Shown here in pieces: positions 24,241 to 38,120 of a stretch of DNA of 64,000 nt. Under the pieces are notes generated by a model. The model made no database searches and was not told where the DNA came from. It saw only the letters and a list, made by a program, of their open reading frames with translations. This stretch comes from Octopus vulgaris (taxonomy: Eukaryota): assembly GCA_951406725.2 (NCBI GenBank), contig OX597814.1, positions 1,054,001-1,118,000 of the forward strand. Reading direction: 5' to 3'. The translations under genes and the position numbers were made by a program. Each line of letters starts with the position of its first letter. Within the stretch, counting starts at the first letter, position 1.

Positions 24241-24849
24241 TGGAATGTTTGCAAGAGAGTGGATTCTGATAAGATCTTTTAACAGTAGCCAGGAGGTGGT
24301 GGTGGTGGTGGTGGCGGTGATGAAAGTGGTGGTAAAGTAGGTTTAGGTTGTAGTGGTGGTGTGAAGTGATGTTTGTGTCCCTGAGATTGACCTCCACCCA
24401 CCGAGAGGATCCCCTCCGTAGAAAAAGTTCATGAATAGAGAAACTATTATAATTAATGCTAGATGTTACCCTAAGTTTTATCAATTACAAAGATCTGGTC
24501 CTTATTTTAATCCTTTCCTTTATCCTCATCCTTTTAACGTCCTCTTTTCCATGCTGGCATGGGTTGGATGGCGTTTACTGAGGCAGATTTTCTATGGCCA
24601 GATACTTTTCCTGTTGCCATCCTTTTGTGCCAAGCAGCATAATATTTCTCCTTACTGGAAATTGATACAACAATCATGCAGTGTCAAGACACACACACAC
24701 ACATAACAGGCTTCTTTCAGTTTCCATTTATCAAGTCCACTGTGGTAGGTCTGGGGCTATAGTAAAAGACACTTACCCAAGGTGCCTCAGAGTGGGACTG
24801 AACCTGACACCATGAGATTGGAAGCAAACTTAATGTTAAATTGAATTTA

Positions 24850-25042
24850 GGAGTAAAGATAATTTGCCAGCGTAACATGGCAGTCCTGGATTAAGACGAG
24901 TGTTGCTGTAATTTAGACGATGTCTCCTGGGGCTAAATTACAGCAACATTCGTCCTAAACCAGGACTGCCATGTTATGTTGGCAAACAATCTTTACTCCA
25001 GAGTTGTGAGATTTACAAATAGGAACTTTCTAAATTGAATTT
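24850..25042. mobile_element. Fold-back element (family F4), short copy
   Basis: Arms ~24850-24915 and ~24933-24999; same sequence as 34013-34402. Confidence 0.85.
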
Positions 25043-25081
25043 AGTTATCATTATGGCAGGTGAATGTTGGTTTCTTCTTTG

Positions 25082-26896
25082 TACAAGGTAGCACCAAAAG
25101 GTTCCCAGTCTGGTTACATTTAATAAAAAATAACTAATTTACCTAAGTCTTAACATTTTCTCCTTTGAAATTGTACAGCAATACACTATTCCCAGCATTC
25201 CTACCACTTTTGGAATCTGGCCTGGAAGTCATTTTCCATAAGCGAGTTGAGGACCTTCTGCGATTCACTCTGGATTTTGACAATGGTGACCTTTGGGCTG
25301 CATTTTCACCTTGGGGAAGAGATGGAAATCCACAGGTGCTAAGTCTGGAGAATAGGGCAGGTGCAGAAGCAGTACTATGTCGTTGTTGGTGAGAAACTCA
25401 CGAGTGAGGAGAGCTCAGAGACAGGGTGTATTGTCATCGTTAAGAACCCAATTCTTTGTGCTCCACAGATCCGATCACTTTGGCCAAATGTCTTCCCTCA
25501 AATGCTCTGAGGGATGAATTCTTGATGCCCAATACCACATTTCCGGGGGTGATGCTCATGGCAGGTATTCTAGATCGCTCATCGTCTTCTAGGGATATTC
25601 TTCCGGTGCCACTCGAAACATTGCATATGACCCACTGCCTTGTCACTTACTGCTTTACTCTTTTACTTGTTTCAGTCATTTGATTGTGGCCATGCTGGAG
25701 CACCACCTTTAGTTGAGCAATTCGACCCCAGGACTTATTCTTTGTAAGCCTAGTACTTATTCTATCGGTCGCTTTTGCCGAACAGCTAAGTGACGGGGAC
25801 GTATATACACACCAGCATTGGTTGTCAAGCGATGTTGGGGGGACAAACATATACACACACATACATATATCATCATCATCGTTTAACGTCTGCTTTCCAT
25901 GCTAGCATGGGTTGGACGGTTCAACTGGGGTCTGGGGAGCCCGAAGGCTGCACCAGGCCAGTCAGATCTGGCAGTGTTTCTACAGCTGGATGCCCTTCCT
26001 AACGTCAACCACTCCGAGAGTGTAGTGGGTGATTTTATGTGCCACCGACACAGGTGCCAGACGAGGCTGGCGAACGGCCACGCTCGGATGGTGTTTTTTA
26101 TGTGCCACCGACACAGGTGCCAGACGAGGCTGGCAGACGGCCACGCTTGGATGGTGTTTTTTATGTGCCACCGACACAGGTGCCAGACGAGGCTGGTGAA
26201 CGGCCACGATCGGATGGTGTTTGTTACATGCCCACAGCACGGAGGCCAGTCGATGCGGTACTGGCTACGGCCACGTTCGGATGGTTTTCTTTTGTGCCAC
26301 CAGCACTGGTACCACAAAGATACAAATTCCATTGATGTTCATCTATTTTGATTTGATTTGATTTTCACTTGCCTCATATATATATAATGGGCTTCTTTCA
26401 GTTTCCATCTACCAAATCTACTCACAATGCCTTGGTCGAACTGAGGTTATAGTAGGAGACACTTGGCCAAGGTGCCATGCAGTGGGACTGAACCCGGAAC
26501 CATGTGGTTGGTAAGCAAGATACTTACCACACAGCCACTCCTGTGCCACTTGTTTAAGCATGTTGAATGTCTCTGTAGCAGACTTCTCAAATTTAATGCA
26601 AAATTTCACATTGGTTCTTTGTTCCATCTTTGTTCCATCTTTGTTCCATCTTTGTTCCATCTTTGTTCCATCTTTGTTCCATCTTCCTGACTATGACAAA
26701 AATCACAGACTACAGCAAACTCTACTCCTGATCACAAAAACACAAATTTCACGACTTGTGAAGTAAATACAGCAATGTCACCTGTCACACTGCCTCATGA
26801 AGGTCACTGCTAGCTCTCACTGTACAAGCAACCGTGTGCTGCCATCTATTGGTGGGCTACAGAACTAGACCGGGAACTTTTTGATGCCACCTCGTA
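25082..26896 (-). mobile_element. mariner transposon relic with both TIRs, interrupted by a SINE (~25650-26545) that contains an RTE tail (~25870-26375)
   Basis: TA-flanked TIRs CAAGGTAGCACCAAAAGGTTCCC / CGAGGTGGCATCAAAAAGTTCCC. Transposase pieces MEQRTNVKFCIKFEKSATETFNML, GRISLEDDERS, DDNTP..LPYSPDLAPVDFHLFPK. Confidence 0.9.
26618..26684. repeat. 11-bp tandem repeat (TTTGTTCCATC, ~6 copies)
   Basis: Direct observation; overlaps the mariner start codon. Confidence 0.9.
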
Positions 26897-27493
26897 CATC
26901 AAAAGAAGGTGTAAAAAAAATACAAAAAACTAACAGAAAAAACCAACTGCTCTCAAATGAATCTTTTAGTCACATCCAATTAAAGTTATCCCTTGTTAAT
27001 TTTGCATAAAATATCATATCTGGTAATTTTAATTCCACCCCCACCCATCCACCCACCCACCATCATCATTAATGCCTTCCCACCATCCTTCAGTGATGTC
27101 AGTCATATTTGTCCTATGAATGATGACAGAAAATATTGTAAGTTTTTTTTTTATTCTATTGGATTAAGCTGTTGTTAACGAGGCCTTACAAGTGACAATT
27201 ATGAATTTATTAAGAATTATGGGTTCATTAAATGCAAAGCAAGAAATAATTTCTGTAATTAATTTTGCTTTTTATTTTTAATTATTTTTATTTTTGGTGT
27301 TTCAGAAAGTTTGAAAAAAAAACAAAACAAGAAATTAACGAAAACAAAACTGTTGTCCGTTAACCAGAAATTATTTCTTTCAGATCTGTCGATTTTTTTC
27401 TTCTGTTTGCATTTGACAACTTTCATTCTTGTTTTAGTCATTAGACTGAGGTCATGCTGGGGCACAACCTTGAATTTTAGCTGAATGTGGTGG

Positions 27494-28070
27494 CTAGATC
27501 AAATGTTCAACTTCACTAGAATGTTCCTCGTGCCATTCAGTAACAACTTTAGTTGTGTGAATTGGTGCATTATCATCCTGAAAGATTGCGTTTCCCTCCG
27601 GAAACTGTTCTGCAACCATAGGATGAATTTGATCAGATAAAATGCTTAAATAGTCTTGACTATTAATTCTGCCATGAAAGGAAACCATTGGGCTGGCGGA
27701 TTTCCAAGATATAGACCCCATCACAGATCCTCCTCCATGTTTAACAGTTGGAAGAAGGCAGTCTTGGTCAAATGCTTCTTTTGGCTGTCTCCACACGTAT
27801 TCTTGGTCGGTGGTCAGAAATAAGGTAAAGGATGACTCGTCCCCAAAAATAACATTCTTCCACTGCTCTAGGGACCAACTCTGTAGGTTTTTACTCTACT
27901 CTAAACACTTTGTAACGTTTGTTTTTGAAAGTAGTGGTTTTCTGATTGCAGCCCTTGCATGAAATCTGGCTTTGTGCAGCTCCCGGTGAACGGTTTTTGT
28001 GGAAACGGTTCTCGAGGTGGTCATTAAGCCCTGCAGTAATTTTGGGAGCTGTACTTTTGTAGAGTCCATG
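27494..28070 (-). mobile_element. Tc1-like transposase relic
   Basis: VSTKTVHRELHK..AAIRKPLLS, WKNVIFGDESSF, PTVKHGGGSVM, IFQDDNAPIH. Confidence 0.9.
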
Positions 28071-28106
28071 ACACACACACACGCACGCACGCACGCACAC
28101 ATGCAC

Positions 28107-28141
<35 letters not shown>

Positions 28142-29334
28142 CTTCTTTCAGTTTCTGTCCACCGAATCCACTGACAGGGTTTCCGTCAGCCTGAGGAGAT
28201 GGTAGAAGACACTTGCTTGCCCGAGGTGTCGTCACTCGGTGGGACTGAACCCGGAACCGTGTGGCTGGGAAGCAAGCTTCTTACCACACAGCCAGATCTT
28301 TTTTTGCAGATCGTATTAAGATATTACTGCTGCACTGCTAACTGCAACAGTTGCACAGATTCACGCTTACACTTGAGCACCATCTTGTTTGATCAAACTC
28401 TATCTTTGCTTTTAGGTTAATAACTTTAGGCCATAGCAAAAAGAAAAATCAATAAACGATCATTTCAACCTTTCACCCCCATTTCCCCCTCTCTTTCTCT
28501 ATCCCATTGTCTCTATCCCATTGTCTCTCCACCTCCCTCTCTCTGTCCCTCTTTGTCTCTCTCTCTCTTTCTTTCTCTCTCTCTCTTTCTCTCTAATGTC
28601 TCTCCTCCCTTTTTTCCCCTTTATAATCCTACTTTAGAGTAGATTCTTGAAAAAACAATTTAGACTTCTTAGAAAAAACGTCAGGGACGTGCTCTGCTTG
28701 AAAACTAAATGGCAAAGTCGGTGCTGGTGGTATTAATAATACTTAATGAAGTGAACCAAGAGAAATTTTAATTAAAATTGTACTTGTATGTAAAGAGAAA
28801 GAATAAAGAAAGAAGAAGAAAAAAAATCCTTCGTTCGTTCGATGATTGATTAATTAGTGCTCAGAAAAAGCAAGGGAGACAATCTGCAACATTTCAATTA
28901 AGTCTGCGACGTAAACCTAAAAATAACAGACAATCCACAGAATCTCTGATACAATAACAGACAATCCATAAAGTCTTTTGACGTACGATGAGAAAACAAC
29001 AACAACAACAACATCAACAACAAACACATTGACAAACAAACCAACAAACCAACAAACGATGATATATGCAAAGAAATAAAAGTGGAATCAATGTGAAATG
29101 TAAAGAAGAGAAAAATGGTGAAATGTCTTTGAAAGAAGATTAGAAACTGTAACAACAGAGAAATGGTAAACATCCAGATAATAGGATGGGATGAATATTT
29201 CATTGAATCAATAACCAATCAATAGGTTACTATGATCTGTTTTAAAGATTAGGTCATAAAACTCTGTGCAAAGTGCGTAATTTCATTACAGCCGGGGTTT
29301 TTGTTGTTTTCATACCAACTTGGAAATTCCTGGT

Positions 29335-29890
29335 TAATGGTGATGGTTTTCCTAATCAGGAGGTTGGAAGTGGTGGTGGTGGTGGCGGTGATGGTGGTGG
29401 TGGTGGTGGTGGTAGTGGTGGTATTGGTGGTGGTGGGGATGGTGGTGGTGATGGTGGTTGTTGTTGTTGGTGGTGGTGGTGGTTGGTGGTGGTGGTGGTG
29501 GTGGTGGTGGTGATGGTGATGGTAGTGGTGGTGGTGATGGTGGTGGTGGCTGATCAGATTAAGGTGGTGGTAGTGGGGGTGGGGGTTGCAGTGGTACAGG
29601 TGGCTGTCATGGCTGATGGTGGCAGTGGTAGTGATGGTGGTGGAATTTATAACTGCGGTAGTGTGTGTGTGTGGTGATGATGATGATGGTGGTGGTAGTT
29701 GTGTGGTAGTAGAGGATGTGGTGTCACTGTGTTGTGTGTTTGATGGTATTGGCCTTTGCGGTAAAGTGATGTGTGGTGTTGATGTTTTGGCTGCGTACTG
29801 GCAGCAGTGGTAGTGGTGGTGATGGTGGTAGTTGTAGTGGTAGGAGCTGTGTGACAGTAGAAATAGCAGTGGTGGTGATGATGATGTGCT
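29335..29890. repeat. (GGT)n/(GAT)n degenerate microsatellite
   Basis: Direct observation. Confidence 0.9.
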
Positions 29891-31524
29891 GCCCATCAAC
29901 AATTGATAATTAGTTATGGAATTGGAGAACCTGCAATGACGGTTATAAATATTTAAAACTGGTGAGACGATGGTCAGGGAGTGGAGATAAAGGTCAAAGG
30001 TGACAGTGTATTTCGGCTGGACACGACCTTGCAGAACCAAGGACATAGGAAGCAGGACATTAGTAATACACCTCATGCCGCCCTAAAATAACTGCACAGA
30101 CATATTATGTTGTAAAAATATATTTAAAACTCTGACAGGTGGGGAGTGCAAACAGGTGTTAATTGAACTTGAGAAGAATTTAATGTGATTATTGTTATGG
30201 CCTATTGCTAAGGGCGTTGCACTGACAACCACAAGATTGTGGTTTCAGTTCCTGGACTGGGCGGTGCAGTGTGTTCTTGAGCAAAATGCTTCATTCCACT
30301 TGCTCCTGTTCATTCACCTGTACAGGGGTTATTCTGTGATGGGCTGTTGTCCAGTTAGGGTAAATGTTGTGATCTTGGTCGCTTATATGTTATGGAAACT
30401 GGGTAAGCAGCCCCATGAGCCTCAGGAATCAAGACAGTACTTAGGATTGTCATTGGTTTCAGATTTTGGCACAAAGCCAGCAATTTCGGGGAAAGGGTAA
30501 GTCGATCACTTCGACCCCAGTGCACAACTGGTACTTATTTTATCGACCCCGAAACGATGAAAAGCAACATCAACCTTAACAGAATTTGAACTCAGAAGGT
30601 AAAGGCAGACAAAATTTTTCCAGGTGTGCTAATAGCATTTTGCCAGGTGTGTTAACAGTCCTTCCATCTCACCACTGTACTTATTATCATTATTGAATAT
30701 AAAATGTTATTGACCAGTTGTTGTGGTGCTGGTGGTTGTGGTTTGATCTCCAGATCAGCCCTGATCAAGCAGATATATTATCATAAAGGTATTCCAACCA
30801 TGATCGTCCTGTTGCATCTTTTTTTTGTGGAATCCTACACTTTGGATGACATTATTCAGTGAGTCCTTTATTAAAATTGTGTGATTTGAAGAAGATTTGA
30901 CCTTTATAGCAGGTCAAACAACCATAAACCAGCTCCTTTGTTGGCATGTTTTGTTTTCAGGACAGTGAATTTTGATATTCCAGTGGGTGGGGGTTGCTTT
31001 GTTTAGGATAAGGAGGATTTTTTTGGAAACCCCAAACTCAAGTTGTCTGCATCAGAACAAAAACAGGCACACACACACACACACACACATTCATTCACTC
31101 ACACACTCACTCTCACACACACTCACTCTCACACTCACTCTCTCCTGTTTTTCTTTTCCTGATGATGGTTTCAGGTTCAGTCCCTCTGTGCAGCACCTTT
31201 CACAATTGTCTTCTACTCTAACCCTGGGCTAACCAATACCTTGTGAGTGAATTGCATGAAAGAAAACTATGTAGAAGCCCATAGTGCATGTGTATGTCTC
31301 CTTGTCTTGGCATCACATGACAGTTGTAAACGAGTGTCACTGTCATACAAGCAGTGTCGTTCACTTCCAGTATTCTGTCAAAATCATTACCTAACTCAGA
31401 AACAGGTGAAGGTTGGTGACAGGAAGGGCATCCACCTGTAGAAAATATGCTGCAATAAACTTCATCTGATTTATGCAAGTAAGGAACAGTGGATGTCAAA
31501 ACAATATTGATGCTGTTGCTGCTG

Positions 31525-32165
31525 ATCATCATCATCCTCATCGTTTAACGTCCGCTTTCCATGCTAGCATGGGTTGGACGATTTTGACTGAGGGCTGGTG
31601 AACAAGAAGGCCACACCAGGCTCCAATCTTGATCTGGGAGAGTTTCTACAGCTGAATGCCCTTCTTAACGCCAACCACTCCAAGAGTGTGGTGGGTGCTT
31701 TTTATGTGCCACCGGCATGGAGCCAGTCAGGTGGTACTGGCAATGACCTCACTCAAATCTTTTTACACATGTCACTGGCACAGGTGCCAGTAAGGCGACG
31801 ATGGTAATGATCACGCTTGAATGGCACCGTTTTACGTGCCACCGGCACAGAGCCAGTCGGCTGCTCTGGCAATGATCATGCTCAGATGGTGCTCTTGGCA
31901 CCCTACTAGCACGGGCACAAGTGCCAGTAAGGTGATGCTGGTAATGATCACACTCGAATGGTGCCCTTTTATGTGCCCCTGGCACGGAAGCCGGTTAGCC
32001 GCTCTGTCAATGATCACCCTCGTATGGTGCTCTTTGCACACCGCTAGCACGGATGCCAGTCATTGAATTTGATTTTGATTTCACTTGCCTCAACAGGTCT
32101 TCGCAAGCAGAGTTTAGTGACCAAAGAAGGAAAAGGTACGCACAGGTGGGCTGGTTGCACCCATT
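31525..32165 (-). mobile_element. RTE LINE 3' UTR fragment with ~7 diverged 60-bp repeats
   Basis: Closely matches copies at 47815-48388 and 49181-49698. Confidence 0.85.
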
Positions 32166-32307
32166 CACTCTACCCCACATGTTCATTTGTATATCAGATA
32201 ATGTTTATATTATGTAGAATATTTTACAAGTCTTACATTGTGACACGCAGACAGGCACACACACACACACTCACACACACACACACACACACTCACACAC
32301 TCACACA

Positions 32308-32346
<39 letters not shown>

Positions 32347-33714
32347 CATCCTATGGCAGGGCGTGTTTGTATTAACCCTGATTATTTCAGCGGACTTTGG
32401 TCCTCATAGAAAATAATTCTTCAATAAACTCACTCTCACATTTGCTCATGTTCTGTTCGGTACTGGTTTTACCAAAGCTTGAGGAACAAAAAAAAACAAA
32501 AAAACAAAACAAAGTAGTGCTTGGTGGAAAAAAATTAGGACTCAAAAATGGATGGGAATCCAAAGAAATCCTTTAAGGTATCTGGTATTGTTGCTTCTCA
32601 TTTCTGCTATCTTTGCTATCAGAAATAAAAATAACTTCTCAAAATCCATCTGGTAGGTAATGTTGTTGTTGTTGTTACTGTTGTTTAACCCCAGGTCCTC
32701 CTTCATTGAGCCAACTTATGGTTAAAGACATTATAGTTGTGAGCATCCTGTTTGATTGTGTCTCAGAAAATATATTGTCTGATGTGTCCTTCCTGTATTT
32801 AAGACATTAACACATGATTTGAGAGTCATTTGGTTAGTATTTTTAGCAGGTCAAGTGACTGTGTAGAGGCTCATTTGTCAACTTGTGTTGTTGTTTAGCT
32901 TTTGGTTAGACATTATTGAGTAAACTTGATTAAAGGTGCTCCAGGTGGGACCATGTCATCTTTTTTTTTCTTATCATTGTATGTTTGTTTCCTTATGAAG
33001 ACAGTAGAGTATAATTTGAGGGAGATTTTGCTGCTGTTTCTAGTAGTCAAGCAATTACATAAAGCCTCTATCCATGTCTCATGTAATGTCTAAATGATGG
33101 TAAAATCTGACGATGTTAACCCTTTTGATGCTAATCCATCCTTGACCACCCCTGGTTCTTATGATGCAAACTTCCCGTTTTTAAGGGATCTAAATTAAAC
33201 CCTACTTCCATCCAAACTTCATGCTATGTTCCAAACACCAGCTTAATAATGGGTTCAAGTACATCAACCCTGGTACTTAACTGGTACTTGTTTTATTGAC
33301 CCTGAAAGGATGAAAAATAAGGTCGACTTTGGTGGGATTTGAACTCAGAATGTAAAGATTGACAAAATGCCACCAAACATTTTGCTTGGCATGGTAACAA
33401 TTCTGCCAGCTTGCTGCTTTAAACTTCAGTTTAATAAGGCTAGAGACAGACGGAGACAGAGGTACACACACACACACACACAGACACACACACACACACA
33501 GACACTTACACACACACAGAGACACTCACACACATAAAAACACAAGCATATGAAGATGTAGAATATATACATACATGTATACATACGCACACACACACAC
33601 ACATGTATACACACATTCATACATACATACCTACATACATGTGTATGCGTGCACACACTGACCCATACACGTGTACAAACAAACAAAAAGAATGCAGCTC
33701 GAATAACGGACAGA

Positions 33715-33900
33715 GTCAATGACTATTGTAAAGATAAGATGCAACAAAAATTTTAGGAAGAATAAATGAGTGGAAACTTTACCAGTGAGTGTGTTAAATA
33801 ATAAAGCACCAAAAGAGAATGACTCTCCCCAGACACAACAAAATATGCTTCAACACACAAACTCACATAAAGAATCTTGCAAACCAAATTCAAAAATGAC
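33715..33900 (+). mobile_element. Family G copy with a decayed hammerhead-like remnant at 33723-33756
   Basis: Shares AAAAGAGAATGACTCTCCCCAGACACAAC..GCAAACCAAAT with 6090-6175. Remnant reads CTA-TTGTAAA-..-AAAA-ATTT-TAG. Confidence 0.6.
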
Positions 33901-33954
33901 AGTTATTTCATTAAATTCTTCATTATTTTCAAAGTTAGTTGATATAAATTTAAT

Positions 33955-34402
33955 GTTAGAAAATTACTATTTGTAAATCTCACAACGAGAGATATTCACC
34001 AACAATACTTTGTAGTAAAGATTGTTTGCCCACATAACATGGCAGTCCTGGTTTAGGATGAATGTTGCTGTAATTTAGCCCCAGGAGACACCGTCTCCAG
34101 CTGGCTATACGACACGATCTGTGTCCTTATATTTTCGAACAAGGGAATCTAGCACCCCCACTCAGCTCAAAACAATATCTATGTATTGTTTTGTGCTGAT
34201 GAAGGGAAATGACCCGGAAATTGCGATACACAGACATTGTTTTGAGCTGAGTGGTGGGTGCTAGATTCCTTTGTTAAAAAAATGTAAGGACACAGATTGT
34301 GTTGTATAGCCAGCTTGAGACGGTGTCTCCTGGGGCTAAATTACAGCAACATTAGTCCTAAACCAGGACTGCCATGTTATGTCGACAAATAATCTTTACT
34401 AT
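33955..34402. mobile_element. Fold-back element (family F4), ~175-bp arms with a hammerhead at the apex
   Basis: 34013-34186 is the reverse complement of 34226-34402. Confidence 0.9.
34190..34234 (+). ncRNA. Minimal type I hammerhead ribozyme motif (F4)
   Basis: TTTGTG-CTGATGA-A-GGG(AAATGA)CCC-G-GAAA-TTGCGA-TA-CACAGA. With the 56388-56426 copy (GAAA-TCGCAA-TA) this implies ancestral palindrome ATCGCGAT. Confidence 0.8.
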
Positions 34403-34772
34403 AACCTTAATGTATTTTAACAAAAGGGTTAATTCAAGACTTGTCACCTGTTTCTTACGGTCTGGGTTTAATCAGTTTTCCCCAAAATAGCTTACGTAAT
34501 ATTAATAGAAATCTATATTTATAATGATTTTTTAAAAATCATTTATTGGAAATATAAATTTTTCATGGAGAGTTTTAAAAAAAAATCTATTCATCAATAT
34601 TCCAATATAGAATTTTTGTTGTTTATTCAGTTATTTTAAAAAAAAAAAGAAGAAAAAAATGTTTTCGATTTAGAATCAAAAATCAAATTTCAAGATTGTG
34701 ACATCTTGTCCTCCATTAATTCTTTCTGTTTCCTTCTCTCCATCCTCCTCACTAGAGTGGAACAGAATAGAC

Positions 34773-35714
34773 CAATGGTTCTCAATCATTTCTTGCTCGT
34801 GGAGATATTCTGTGCTTGAGAAGACCCGGCAAGCCAAGTGAGACCGTAACTGTGGCCTATGCCAGTGCAGCATAACTGGCCCATTTAAGAGTACCCTTCA
34901 ATCTTTGGGCAATAAACTGTGCTTGCGAAGACCTGTTGAGCCAAGTGGAGTCATTGTCATGGCTGATGATGGTTCTGCCTGATTGGCACGTAAAAAGCAC
35001 CATTCGAGCTTGGTTGATGCCAGTACCAGCTGACTGGTCCCATGACGGTGGCACATAAAAAGCACCATTCAAGCGTGATTGATGCAAGTGCTGCCTGACA
35101 TGTGCCAGTGACATGTAAAAAGCACCATTTGAGCGTGGTCGATGCCAGTGCCGGCTGACTGGTCCTGTGCCGGTGGCACCTAAAAAGCACTCACTACACT
35201 CTCAGAGTGGTTGGCATTAAGAAGGGCATCCAGCTGTAGAAACCTTGCCAGATCTGATTGGAGCTTGGTGCAGCCTCCTGGCTTGCCAGTTCTCAGTCAA
35301 ACCGTCCAACCCATGCCAGCATGGAAAGTGGACGTTAAATGATGATGACGATGGATGATGAATGATGATGATGATGGATCCCTTTGATTCCTATTTTACT
35401 CAAATGGAGCCCCACAATCATTTGAAGTTTTAGAAAATCACATATTTTCGTTAATAAATATCTTTAGGAATTGAATAAAAAAAAAAGAAGAATTATGATA
35501 TTTTGTGTATTGCAGAAATATAAGAGATGTATTGCTCATCATTTTTAACAATTGAATCTTCTATTGGAGGGCATCCGGCTATAGAAATGATGCTGAAACA
35601 GAGGACTGGAGTCTGGTGGCTCCAGCTCGCCAGCCCCATGCCAACATGGAAAACAGACATTAAATGTTGATGATGACCCCTAAGGGTCATGTGGAATCCT
35701 GTTGAGGACCACTG
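34773..35714. mobile_element. hAT-type MITE containing nested RTE 3' fragments (~34805-35375 and ~35565-35675, +)
   Basis: CAATGGTTCTCAA...TTGAGGACCACTG termini; degenerate 8-bp TSD GAATAGAC/AAATAAAC. Confidence 0.65.
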
Positions 35715-36121
35715 AAATAAACTGATTTAAAGATCAACCTTACACATCTGTCTGTCTGTCTGTCTGTCTATTTTCTGTTCTCTCTCTCTCTCTTTCTCTC
35801 TCTCGTTTTGCTCTGTTGCTAAGCACCAAGTCTTAGAAATAGGTTCTAACTACTTCATTTCTTTACCCTGGTTAATAGTATTTTACAGTCCAGCTTGCCT
35901 TGTCCATTCAGTTCTGTGACATCTTTTCCACCCTGTCTTCCAGCATCCTCTCCACCCATCCTTGTAGTGTATTTTCCACTCAGCCCTGCCTTTTTCTTTT
36001 TTTCCGTCCCCAGACTTATTCTGTTTTCCCCCCCTCATGGTTTCCTCCTCATTATCTTAGCTCGCTCTCCCCACCCAACTGTGTTTAATGTTTACACGTG
36101 ACAATATATAGAATAATATAT

Positions 36122-36475
36122 GCACAGGCGTGGCTGTGTGGTAAGAAGGTGACTTTCCTACCACATGCTTCTGGGTTCAGTCCCACAAAGTGTTACTCTT
36201 TGGGCAAATGTCTAACCAAATCCTTGTGAGTGGATTTGGTAGAGGAAAAATGAAAGAAGCCCATCATATATATGTATGTGTGTGTGTCTCTGTCCCCCAT
36301 TATTGGCCAATTGGTGTTGGTGTGTTTACATCCTTGTACTGTAGTAGTTCAGCAAAAAGAGACCGATAAATAAGTACCCGGTTTTAAAAATGCATAGTGG
36401 GGGGTCAATTCATTTGACTAAAGATTCAAGGTGGTGCCCCAGCATGGCCATATTCAAATGACTAAGACAAGTAAA
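36122..36475 (+). mobile_element. tRNA-derived SINE (same family as 62545-62931)
   Basis: GTGGCTGTGTGGTAAG head, GGTTCAGTCCC B box, AGTAAAA tail. Confidence 0.8.
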
Positions 36476-36536
36476 AATTTTTTTTTAAATGCTAAAAGAT
36501 ATTATAGTAGAACCTTACAGTATGAGTGCTCCATTC

Positions 36537-36816
36537 AGTTCTATATTTAAGAGATGAGAAATTATGAACATTATTTACATTTGATGGATATTTGTCCTCA
36601 TCCTGTTTCAGCTGATATACTCTCCAGCCTTCATCAGGTGTCTTGGGGAAATTTCAAAGCTGGGTTCTCATTCCTAAGGTATTTTTCAATGTTATTATTA
36701 TTATTCAGGTCACTGCCTGGAATCGAATTCGGAATTTTGGGGTTAGTAGCCCGTGCTCTTAACCACTATTCCATATGTCTGTGGGCATATCTGTCAAATG
36801 TAAATAATGTAAATAA
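36537..36816 (-). mobile_element. Family F1 copy without cargo, plus short inverted 3' fragment (36787-36816, +)
   Basis: Head, short (AAT)n and tail are contiguous (~250 bp). Hammerhead 3' part is deleted. Inverted ATATCTGTCAAATGTAAATAATGTAAATA abuts the head. Confidence 0.8.
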
Positions 36817-37450
36817 AGATTGCCCCATTGTACCAGTAATTTGCTGTACGAACCGAGACTCATGCGAATTTTTGTCTCAAAGTACGAGCAGAAATCTACA
36901 GTTTGAGCACACAAATCATCCCATCTTTAAAGTAATTCACTTAATAAAACCAGTTTACATATTTCTTTTGCATTCTCTTTTACTTTATAATTATCATTTT
37001 ACTTGTAACGACACCTTTTCTGTTTCAAAACCGACAAAAAAAATCATTTTTGAGTAGTTTTGTTGTGGCTAGAATGGATTAATTATATTTTAGTTAATTA
37101 CAATAGGGAAAATTGATTTGTAAAACGAGTAAACCATGAGACGAGCTCGGTCATGGAACGAATTAAACTAGTATTGCAATACTGCAAGGTATCACTGAAT
37201 TATATTAAAGACACACATTATGTTCTCACCGTTTCTGTCACTGTCTCTATCTAATGCTTTCCTCTTTCTTTTTCTCTCTCTGTGTACGTTGTTAATTAGG
37301 TTAGTCTCCTCCACGACACCATAGGGTGAAAAGTTTAATCTATACGTAAATACCTCCATCACCCTGGCTTAATCTGTTATGGGTAACGGATTAAAATGTT
37401 TGTCAAGGTGAGAACTAGAAGCTAGACATACCACTCTGTCAATGTGTGTG

Positions 37451-37487
<37 letters not shown>

Positions 37488-38120
37488 ATTGTTATTTCTT
37501 AATCTAGTCACTCTTGTTATTAAATCTTCTTCTTAATAAACAGATTACATAGATATATTCTGAAAAATAAAAACAATTACCGTTCACAGTTTATCTGACA
37601 TGATACCACCATTACCTTCAGTACATCTGTACTGGGAGTGTGGAGGGGTAGGGATGGATATGTCTAATTCCATAATAAACTAGCTCTGGTAACTGGATGT
37701 GGAGGGCAAAGAGCAGAGTCATTTAATTCTGTGATTTTATGAACCTCATTGTAATAATATCATTCAGTTTACATCCTACTTTTCACGTACATTGAACATT
37801 TCAGTATGAACATGAACGATGGTGTTGTTGCTTACAGATTGCCAACAGACCAATCGCTGGTCAGCATTATTTTTTGTCATGAGCCAATCGCTGGTCAACA
37901 CTATTTCCAGTGGACCAATCACTGGTCAGCATGAAGTCCAATGGCAAGAGCGAGAATGGTGTCTTTATAACTTGGACAGAATAAATGCATCTTTTTATTT
38001 TTCCTTTACCTTTCTTTTTATTTCCATACAAGGCTGGAGGTAATTATAGTGTAAGGGACCACAAAGAAGGAAAAGAAGGGGCCCACAATTTCCAAAGATG
38101 TCAATAGACAAAGCTTAAAA

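Noticed and set aside
29249-30076. 275 aa His/Thr-rich ORF (also 270-834 and 2477-3083)
   Set aside because: Trinucleotide microsatellite translation with no domain or splice support.
34013-34402. Interpreting the palindromes as ordinary TIR MITEs or assembly fold-back artefacts
   Set aside because: Arm lengths and breakpoints differ between copies of one family, I found no fixed TSD, arms have diverged from each other (unlike read chimeras), and hammerhead motifs are embedded.
36833-37198. pogo/Tigger-like MITE
   Set aside because: Only the right end (AAGGTATCACTG) resembles a TIR; no convincing left TIR or TA duplication.
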